A DNA stretch of 61,403 nt, the filler included, from Diploschistes diacapsis (lineage: Eukaryota), in the NCBI GenBank assembly GCA_023645945.1. It is 10 parts of 10 records of this genome, joined end to end, with 100 filler letters (N's around TTAATTAATTAA, not from the genome) between each part and the next. Parts side by side here need not be neighbours in the genome. Positions count along the whole stretch, not along the records: positions 49,823 to 53,620 come from JALAIB010001849.1; positions 53,721 to 57,515 come from JALAIB010001850.1; positions 57,616 to 61,403 come from JALAIB010001851.1; 7 more parts are not named here. One strand, 5' to 3'. The first letter of the stretch is position 1, and each line of letters begins with the position of its first letter. Shown here one piece after another: positions 52,508-61,403 of this stretch. Both the position numbers and the translations under genes were made by a program. A model generated the notes under the pieces. It saw only the letters and a list, made by a program, of their open reading frames with translations, did no database searches and was not told the origin of the DNA.

Positions 52508-53730
52508 GTTGGATGTAGATGCCAAAGGCTATGTCCGAAGCAACTAGAAAGTAGGTGTCGTAATCAAGGTTGGGGTTGAGACTACCTTCTTTTCAAAAGG
52601 AGTTTTCTGTCCGCTCACTTTCTGCTTGCTTGACCACTTTCGGAGGAGCTAGAGCTCCGGGAAACACCCAAGAGATCTCGGTGAGAGATCTTGTGTGCGT
52701 CACAATCTTCAGGATGAGTCCATGAATTAACACTGTTTTGTTTTTCCCCTGCAGAAAGTAGAAGCACTCTGCTGTTGGGTGCTGTGATCGTGTCGGAGAA
52801 GAAGAGATCGTAACGTCGCAAGTCGCTGTAGGATAGGCAATCAAACAATAAATCAACGCTAGATGAAAAAAAATCCGAGATTAAAGCGTCCTAGGTATTT
52901 GTGAAGCGGAAACTTGCAGCACGTCTGTACTGTCTGTCCACAGTGCCTTGCCTGTGCAGATAGTAGTCTCTCACAACTTAGTGAAAAGCTCGAGAGCGGT
53001 TGAGCGTGGATGGGAGTAGACAGGGAAAGATTGAAGGCGAGTGCGTGCGTGTCCCGACTTCTGCTGCAGTCTTGAGCAGCTCGTTTTAAAAGAGTTGAGC
53101 CATGGAGGTTGGGATCAAGCCTGGAGTGTCTGACACCAGTCTAAATCGACCAAGCCACACTCCTCTTTGAAGCGCAGCCCTTTCCCTTGGTATTTTCTTG
53201 AATAGACCTAGATGAAGTTGTGCTTTTCAGTTACTCAGAGCTGTGGCCGTGTAGGTTGTGGGTATGGAGATGCCAATTGCTGGTCCGTTGCTTCCAGACT
53301 CCCCAAGTACACCGAAGAGGATTGGCACGGATGTGTCACTTTGATCGCTCAGATGGAGATGATGGCAGAATTGGTACGGGAGAAGGGCAAAGCGAGAACA
53401 GGATCGATTAGGGAGAGATGTCGATGAGGGGATGAGAGGGTGAAAGGAGGAGGAGGAGGAGGAGGAGGTAGAGGTGAATGACGGAAGGGGTTTGTGGTGA
53501 GAAGTGGATAAAAGAGGTATGAAGAAAAAATTTGGGGAAGAAGGGGAAAAAAGTAAGCATAGAATAAGTAATGTAACGGCAGCGGCAGTGGCAGGGGGTA
53601 GGGCAGGCAGTGCGCGAGGGNNNNNNNNNNNNNNNNNNNNNNNNNNNNNNNNNNNNNNNNNNNNTTAATTAATTAANNNNNNNNNNNNNNNNNNNNNNNN
53701 NNNNNNNNNNNNNNNNNNNNCCCCCGCCCT

Positions 53731-54045
53731 TTAAACGCACTCCACGTCCCAATCCCTCTCGACCTTGATCCCCCTCCCGTGGTCCAGCGCCGGGCTCCTC
53801 CCCGCGCTCATCCCGCCATTGACCTTGACCTCGTGCAGCGGGATCTCGTCGTCGTCCCGCGACAGCGCCGAGCCGTCCTTGCTGTGGTCCAGGCGCACGA
53901 ACTTCTTCGCGGCCCCCCCGTAGCTGCCCGAGCGCTCCTTGGTGCCCGCGCCGTTGCTGCCGCCGGTGTGGGCGCCCGAGCTGCTGCTGCCGCCGGTGCG
54001 CGAGAAGAGGCGCTTGGTGTAGCTGCCCAGCCTGGACTCGCGCAT
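53731..54045 (-). pseudogene. Isolated GC-rich terminal exon resembling the cytoplasmic tail of fungal 7TM (PTH11-like) proteins
   Basis: Preceded by a GCTGAC..CAG acceptor. EIPLHEV and GIKVERDWDV tail motifs. No upstream transmembrane exons fit before the next gene. Confidence 0.3.
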
Positions 54046-54309
54046 CTGGTTTTGGTTTAGGGTGGGGAAAACAGAATCGGCGGTCAGCAATCACATATCC
54101 AAGAGTTTACACAGCTGTCTGACAACCGTCACTGAAGCGTGGAAAATATCTCTACTGACCCTTAACTCATGTGATCAGGGTTTGTGTAACGAATAAAGAG
54201 CTCTCGCTAATAATCTGCTTGCTACTTAAGAACGGATCAGTCAATCTGTGTATATCGTGCTTTAAGGCGAATTCAATCTCGACTCCTTCCTTCCATCAAC
54301 TCCTGCCTG

Positions 54310-55326
54310 CTACAATAGCGCCTCATATGTGCTGTCACAACCGGCAGCTAGGCCAAGTTTTTTCCCTTTTGCGAAGCAGGCAGTGCGCTCGAGTTCGCCA
54401 AGAGCAGGTGGGAACTTTATCGGCTCCTCCATCAAAAAGGTGTCGACCTCCAAGCACCCAGCATCCACCAAAAGCTTCTCCAGCTGCTCCCTCAAAAAGC
54501 CGAATTGTGCAATGCCAAACTTCTGTCCGCTCCCATGGCCATGTTCATGTCCGTGCCCATATCCGTGGTCGCCATGTCCCTTACTACCGCCATGGTCATG
54601 TTCATGATGCCCATGGCCGCCCGGGTTGGCATGGTGGTCATGGGGGAACCAGTTCGCTGGCCCATCAGCTGGGGCATTGCCATCCGGATCATTGATGAAG
54701 TCAATGATCAGCAATGTTCCTCCTGGCTTCAGACGCTGCACCAGTCTCTCGATAGCCAGAGCCGGATCCTGCATGTGGTGCAAAGCATTGGCCATCCCCA
54801 CCATGTCGAAGTCGAAGAACTCCTGATCCAGAATATTTGACTGGTTAGAGGTATCGGCCGCTACTATGTTGCCTTGAGCGGCTGACATTTGAGCTGGAGA
54901 GATGCCCTTCTCCTGAACTCGCTTGTTGTACATCTGAACCATGTTGTTGGCGAGATCTATTCCCCGTACCTCATCAAAGAAGTCAAAAAAAGCCTGTGAC
55001 GACGCGTCAGCCCCTGAGACTTTTCTCCAAAAGTGACTTAATATGCTTCGGCCAAAGACTTACATGAGAAAGCATGCCGGGCCCGCAAGCAACGTCTAGA
55101 AAACGAAGGTTGCCGGTCTTCTTCTCCGCAAGACCGAGCCATTCCCGATGACCATGTAGCTCCTTCGTGAATTGCGCCGCGGTCTTGTCAGCCCATTCTT
55201 TCTCCCTCACATAGAAGTTATCTTGGGAGCTGCAGCTTGATTCAGCATGAGGCCATTCGGCCAAGTGATTATAACATACTTCCAATGCTCTTCGTTTTCC
55301 TCGATGATGGAGTTCTTGGTCTCCAT
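54310..55326 (-). CDS. Class I SAM-dependent methyltransferase with His-rich insert (3 exons)
   Basis: METKNSII start, FLDVACGPG, GIDL, ALHHMQDP, LKPGGTLLIIDF. GT donors near 55282 and 55063. Confidence 0.8.
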
Positions 55327-55780
55327 GTTTAAGCTGGCTTTTGCAATAGCAATGCGACACTGATTGGGATATGAGATTCAGTTACAGAGATTATCTTTGG
55401 ATGATGTTGCATGCTCAGAGGGTCTTCAGATCACTCCCCATCATACGGAGGGAGATGCCCCTTTATACTCATTCTTTGGTGACGTGGGCTTACCCTCGCA
55501 CAGGTGCAATAGCTTGTCCGATACAATGGAGGAGGCTCTCATCCTTCTAACACGCTTCATATTCTTCTCGGTCGGAGTGCAAGTGCCCACGACAGCCTCA
55601 TCGAGTCATAGTGCAATGAAGGACAAAAATTAAAGGGAGGCTCGCGGCCGGAATAGAAGTTGAGCCGAGGCTTAGGAGGACCCTTCCCATTAAACGGGCC
55701 AGAAACTTACTCACTAAAAAACCTCATGAGAGAAGATGGAGCCTTTGAGTAACAACAGCAAGACCTCATTCTGGCCCGTT

Positions 55781-57128
55781 ATGAGAACCTCTCGCGTAGC
55801 CCGGGAGACCTCCCGAATTACAAAGATTTTGCCTCCCAGTCGAAGACGTCAGACGAGATCATCGCTCGCTTCCCACTCGGTTCCTACGGATATTTCGCAC
55901 TTCTACTAAAGGTAAAGCCTGCGATAGAAGACGGGGACGACTCATCATCCCTCTCGTCAGCCCGATCCGATGTCTTGTTAGATGACTCAGAGGCTGTACT
56001 ACACTCTGGAAAGCGCAAACGGGGCGCAGAGACGCCAGCGACTACGCCGAATAGCACTGCGGTGACGACCGCAAGCGTCACAACACGCAGGTCGCCGCGC
56101 AAGAAGACCGTTGAGATGGAAGAAGATGTTGACATCGAAGAAGCCGGTATTCCCAGGCCTAGGAAGGCGAAAAGGCAGCCCGCGAAGCAGACAGTCAATT
56201 CTGGGACCGGCGAGGTCGTGATTCACGCCCCGCCAAACTGGGAAGAAGTCTGCAAGACAACGCAAGAGATGCGCAAGCTGGTCTCCCCACCCGTCGATAC
56301 AATGGGCTGCGAACGGGCAGGAGAGCAAGCGCGTTCGCCAAAGGTACGCCGCTTGACTGAGGTCAATCCCAACCTCCGAGTCGCGCACAGTCCCTTTCCC
56401 CTTTTGTTGCTAATACTCAGTCGCGCAACAGGACCACCGTTTCCAAACCCTCATTGCGCTGATGCTCTCCTCCCAAACCAAAGACACCACCAACGCGCTC
56501 ACTATGGAGCGTCTCCGCACCGAGCTCCCCCCTCCCGGCCTTACCCTCTCCAACATCCTCGCCGTCGAGCATTCGCGCCTGAACGAGCTCATCTACGCCT
56601 GCGGCTTCCACAACAACAAGACTCGCTACATCAAAGCCGCGGCCGAGATCCTGCGCGACAGGTTCGGCGGCGACATCCCGGACACCGTTGAGGGCCTCAC
56701 CAGCCTGCCCGGCGTGGGGCCCAAGATGGCATACCTGTGCATGAGCTCGGCCTGGGGACGGACGGAGGGGATCGGGGTCGACGTGCACGTGCATCGCATC
56801 ACGAACCTGTGGGGCTGGCACAAGACGAGGACGCCCGAGGAGACGCGGGTCTGCGCTCGAGGCGTGGCTGCCGCGCGAGAAGTGGCATGAGATCAATCAC
56901 CTGCTGGTTAGGTTCGGGCAGACGATTTGTCTGCCCGTCGAGAGGGATTGCGATGCATGCTCTTTGAGCGAGAAGGGCTTGTGTCCGAGCGCGGTGGTTG
57001 GTAGGGGGAAGAAGGTGAAGAGGGTCAAGAAGAAGGAGGTGATTGGGAAGGGAGAAGAGGTGGTGAAGAGAGAGGAGGAAGAGGAAGTGGTTAAAGAGGA
57101 GGAGGTGCTGGCAGAGGACGTCGCTTGA
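55781..57128 (+). CDS. NTH1: Endonuclease III homolog (DNA glycosylase/AP lyase), two apparent frameshifts
   Basis: [16 protein letters not shown], Hh[20 protein letters not shown], Fe-S motif [14 protein letters not shown]. Intron 56344-56431. Frame breaks near 55876 and 56850. Confidence 0.85.
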
Positions 57129-58108
57129 CTGAGCACTTGTACGCAAAGTTTGCGGCATCTGGGATTTGTACAATCTGTGGTTGGAGTGATGTGCTGCTAC
57201 ATGCAGGGGAATAGGCTTGGAGATCAAGCTATACGTTATGGCGGTCTCATGGTTGCAGGGAATCTTCTTATTGCCTGAAGAGTGCTGCGCCGAGATAAGC
57301 TAGTAGGGGGAAGATGTAAACGTAGATTTAATAGTACATACAGGGGCAGGACTGATTTCCGGCAGTAATACTAAAAACGCTACGACAATTCTTCTTCAAT
57401 GGACAGACACATTAAACGTATATACCATCAAGAACACAATCCCTCACAATTTACCAACCATATCACCTAGTTACCAAGATCCCCATCTCCCAACCCTCCT
57501 CACGCCCCCAATAGCNNNNNNNNNNNNNNNNNNNNNNNNNNNNNNNNNNNNNNNNNNNNTTAATTAATTAANNNNNNNNNNNNNNNNNNNNNNNNNNNNN
57601 NNNNNNNNNNNNNNNGTGCAGGAAGACGGGCTCGGAGAGGTAGAACTCTGTGGCGAATTTCTGCTTTTGGGCTTCCCCTGGGCTGGGAGCGGAGTGGCGG
57701 TGGGAGGCGGACGATGGCGAGAGGGTTGCCGCTGTAGGAGAGAGGTCTTGGTGAAGACGTCGAGGGGTGGGTGTTGAAGGGGGGTTTCATTCTTTTTTTT
57801 TAGAGTGGGGTTTTGGGTCAGTTGGTTTGAGCTTCGGGATGGCATGTAAAGCATTGGGAATATGATTAGCTGCTAGATTTCCGGTATGGTCGGCTTTCAA
57901 TGCCATTGTAAGTTCACTCGATTATTCTGATAATACTTGGGCCAGCATATCATTTCAATACTGCTTCAGCATATTTTTTTGGGTCATCTGCACAAAAACG
58001 GATGCAAAATCTCTCAATCTAAGATGCCAGTCTAAGCTTCTTCTTAGCCCACTTTCTGACAACAGGGGCACAAGAAATTGCCTGACACGCCTACTGGGCT
58101 GTCAATGT

Positions 58109-59011
58109 TTAGTGCCGCGCCTTCTTTTTCGGGTGGGGCGGAGACTGTCCCGGAGAAACAGAGCTTTCTGGGCTGGGCCCTCGCGACGGTGGGATATATT
58201 TCTCTTGGACTTTACGGTTTCCCGGATGCGCCACAACCTCGTGATAGCCGGCACCTTTCTTAAAATCTAACTTGTACTCGCTGATCGTGTATTTAGCCTT
58301 CGGGAAAGTTTTCTTGACCTCGTCTTTCACCCCTTTCGTGGTGGGGGCATCAGGGGATTTGATATGGACGCTGTGGACCGTACCGTGGCTTTGCGCTTCG
58401 CGAGCTGCCGCTTGAGTCTCCTCGAGGGATTTTTCGGGGTGCAGGTGGGCGCCAGTAACGAAGCATTCGCCCTGCAACATCAGGGCAGTACAACCGTTGA
58501 CCCCACTGACCGTTACGCTCTTCTCCTTGCTTGTCTTAAGTTTAGACAGTCCCACTAGACGGCTCGATTCAGTGCTCCCCATGCTATCGGTAGAGCTGGT
58601 ACCAGGGCTTCCACCATGGCTGTTTCCACGGCTGACGCTTCCACCGCGGCTGGGGCTATTTTCACGACCGGTGCTTTTACTATGCCCGGCGCTTCCACTC
58701 TGGCTTCTATCCCCGCCTCCGGTTCTCTTTATGAGATTCAATGCAGCGACGTGTGCGAGAAACAGGTCTTCAATATCCCTTATGTAGATGGGCGAGACGT
58801 CCCGAGCTTTCAAATCATCCACGTCTCTACCAAAGATATCGGTGCTTCCGAAAACGATCTCGTCGAGACCGGGCGAGTATCTAGCGATGGCGTGAGCCCG
58901 GTAACACGAATCATAATAGAATGGCCCTAGTTGGAAGATTTTACCGGGGATAGAAAGACTCTTGAGCCCTGGTGCCCGCGAGCCCCAGTGCGAGTGTAAC
59001 AGTGAGAACAA
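58109..59011 (-). CDS. Putative secreted effector-like protein with a CNF1/YfiH/CheD-like Cys-His domain (start and signal peptide unresolved)
   Basis: Pro-like repeats GRD, KARD, YIRD, LIKR, a Gly/Ser linker, then SGVNGCTALMLQGECFVTGAH. No in-frame ATG at the N-terminus. Confidence 0.5.
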   Translation of the reverse strand: MFSLLHSHWGSRAPGLKSLSIPGKIFQLGPFYYDSCYRAHAIARYSPGLDEIVFGSTDIFGRDVDDLKARDVSPIYIRDIEDLFLAHVAALNLIKRTGGGDRSQSGSAGHSKSTGRENSPSRGGSVSRGNSHGGSPGTSSTDSMGSTESSRLVGLSKLKTSKEKSVTVSGVNGCTALMLQGECFVTGAHLHPEKSLEETQAAAREAQSHGTVHSVHIKSPDAPTTKGVKDEVKKTFPKAKYTISEYKLDFKKGAGYHEVVAHPGNRKVQEKYIPPSRGPSPESSVSPGQSPPHPKKKARH

Positions 59012-59875
59012 TTTTGCGTCGCATCTTGGTGAAGGGGCTGGGTCACTTGTTTAGCAAGACAGACGGTGTGGGATTGAACGGGCAGGACATTCAAATAAAA
59101 CAGCAAAAAAAATCAAAGGAAATTAGAATCAAAGTAGGACAACTGTGCTCTTTAAGCATGATTTTGGGACAATGGTGCAAGGGACTCCGTTTTTGCTAGG
59201 CGTCGCTGGGTCAAGATGCAATGAGACACTTCGTCAGTCCTGCTACCAACAACCTTATATCACGGTTGGTCGAATTCTCACATCTTGATACCTCACAAGC
59301 CTACTCAAAGAAGAGCTTTATCAGCGGCACTATCAATAGTCCATACTCAGCATTGGCTTGGTCTGCATGTACAACACATCAACTAACTGGCAACACAACT
59401 TCGTACGCGCTGCTCTTCTACCGACTTAGGTCTTTCTCGATCTAACAATCTTGATATGTAATGGCTGGAGAGGTTAATCATCCACTACTGGTGCGCATCG
59501 CAGTCTTTAAGTTCTCGTTCTCTGTGGTTGCACTAGTGAATACCATAAACAATTTGCACCGCCTTAGGGAATGAATGACTTGGGGTCATATTGGGGCTCC
59601 GGCTTGGCGCCCACGTGACCCTGTTTTGGTAGAGTTCGTTATCTCCTATCTCCATAGGTATATGATATATCCGGGTGAAGCAAAGCAGATTCTGACCCGT
59701 AGTATGACATGACCCGTAGTATGACCCGTAGTATGACCCTGGGTCATGATCCATGACCCGTCATATCATATCATTATCATAACAGCTTGGTCAGCATTGA
59801 GTCATTGGCTAGGACGTAGTCGCTTAACGCGCTATGCAATTGTGATCTGCATTGGCTGAAACTTGATCTGAAGTA

Positions 59876-59981
59876 CAGTCAGGTGCCAAAAGTAGTTAGG
59901 TACACCATAAGCGGCAGTAAATAAACAGTCAACTCTTTAGTGCCGCTTATGGTGTACCTAACTACTTTTGGCCTAGTACTG
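59876..59981. mobile_element. 106-bp Tc1/mariner-type MITE, copy 2 (opposite orientation)
   Basis: Same TIR core. Spacer TAAACAGTCAACTC is the reverse complement of the copy-1 spacer. TA flanks. Confidence 0.88.
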
Positions 59982-61403
59982 TAAGCCTCGATGCCCCTGC
60001 TTTCCCGCAAAGGGAATCCGCATAAGAAGTAGTATTTGGTACCGTTAAGTGATCCTTTTGCCCGCATTATCATCTGGACACTGAGCCATAGTTACAAAGC
60101 TATCCGGATCTCGCACTTAACGGAAGGGTAACTTCCACATCGGGCTCAGGCACACCAACAAACCTCGTCACGATAGTATCGTCCCGGCTCTGGTAGCGGG
60201 TACCCCGGTAGTGACTATCCGAAAAATGCTCCGAGTTGTCCAGCTAGCTGTGCATACACCGCGGCCATCCACCGTCACAATATGGCCTAGCACAACAGTT
60301 CCTTTGCCACGGCGCCCCACTGAACCTGAAGGCGGGATGGATACAGATCCTACACGCCTCTCAGCGAAGCGATCTACTGCTCATTCCTCTTTCTAGTGTC
60401 GCATGGCGCCAGAATCGAAATCGGCCACCTGCTCGCCGCAGCTTCCTAGCCTAAACAGAGACGGAGCAGGGAGCGGCCATCGACGAGATCGAGCGCATTC
60501 AGAACAAGCAGCGTTTTCAGATCAACAAGCGGTTTCATGGCCTCGGCACGCCTCTGCACGTCGCCGTTGCAAAGGGTTGGGGAGTGGTGGCGGAAATGTT
60601 GTTGGCGTGTGGCGCGGACTGGACGACTAGATGGTGAGGGGCACGAATGGCAGGTCCGCCGGAGGATGTGGCGAGTGAAAGAGGATCGAGGAGATGGTGG
60701 CTCTGCTCGCGCCAGTCCGATTGAGGCAGACTAGTGTTCATGGCATGTGGAGAGAGTGGGACTGTAGTCGCTGGAAAGGACGTTGTCGTGATGTGTCGGC
60801 TTCCGAAGTAGTATTGCTTAACGAAAGGTATGGAGCTTTCTTGGCTGTCTGAGCATTCTTCTAGTAGAAGCCTTCGGTTGCTCGATCATGTTTGAAGTTG
60901 ACTTCCATCAAGCAATCCACTCCATGGCCTTCTCGCCACTCCGAAGCCTACTCTAGTCGGTTATTCAAGATTCCCAGCAAACTTTGATTCCACGTCCCTC
61001 CCTGCTTCGAGCTCATATCGATAACGCCCCCTCCAGGTCAATTGAGCAATACTCCATATTAGAATCCTATATATACTAGATCTCGCGGCAAGACATATAC
61101 ATTCTGAGCTTTAACCGCGGTACGGAATTATTTCCTCTATGCATCGGACATCCTTGGCCGTTTGGGGGGTATCTATCTTTCCAAAATCCCTTCCTCTCGC
61201 CTTCGCCTCCTCTTCCTCCCTCCCCCCCTTTTTTTATTCACCTCCCTCCTGGCCGCCTATCCCTCTCAATGCATCCATGATTTTTCCTCATTAAATCTTT
61301 ATCCGTATCCAAATTTTCTTTTTTACTTTTAATCGGCCTCTCATTGTATTTTCTTCTTCCTTCCTTCTGCTTTCTTCCTCCTCCCTCGGCCTACACCTCT
61401 CCC

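Noticed and set aside
26327..57571. TTAATTAATTAA recurring about every 3.9 kb as a biological periodic repeat
   Set aside because: It is always centred in N runs and has stops in six frames, so it is an assembly linker.
60100..61060. Possible decayed minus-strand gene
   Set aside because: Only short stop-interrupted fragments with no recognisable family, too weak to call.

Overview
This window is not one locus. It is ten eukaryotic contigs joined by artificial 100-bp spacers (N44-TTAATTAATTAA-N44), so gene adjacency only has meaning within a contig. Most contigs look like a filamentous ascomycete (Pezizomycotina-type): short GT-AG introns with CTRAY branch sites, and RIP-like AT-rich relics. 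Contig 5 (38113-41918) looks like a different organism, possibly a green alga. Contig 1 (1-26282) carries mitochondrial uS11m and TIM44, then an accessory stretch with a C2H2 protein, a GH13 alpha-glucosidase, a degenerate STAND/NACHT-like protein, a LovD/beta-lactamase-family hydrolase, a 106-bp MITE, a tRNA-like element and an AAA+ ATPase. The short contigs carry a taspase/asparaginase-2, an AA11 LPMO, two SAM methyltransferases, a Clg1-like cyclin, a frameshifted NTH1 and conserved hypotheticals. Three candidates stand out. (1) An AT-rich but intact spliced gene (30593-34104) fuses a tyrosine-recombinase-like catalytic set to a RecQ/telomere-linked helicase and may belong to a YR-helicase mobile element. 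(2) A fungal ORF with Kex2-like pro-repeats has a CNF1-like Cys-x14-His deamidase motif (58109-59011). (3) A STAND-like gene and an AAA+ gene form a divergent pair. All calls come from manual motif reading; no searches were run.
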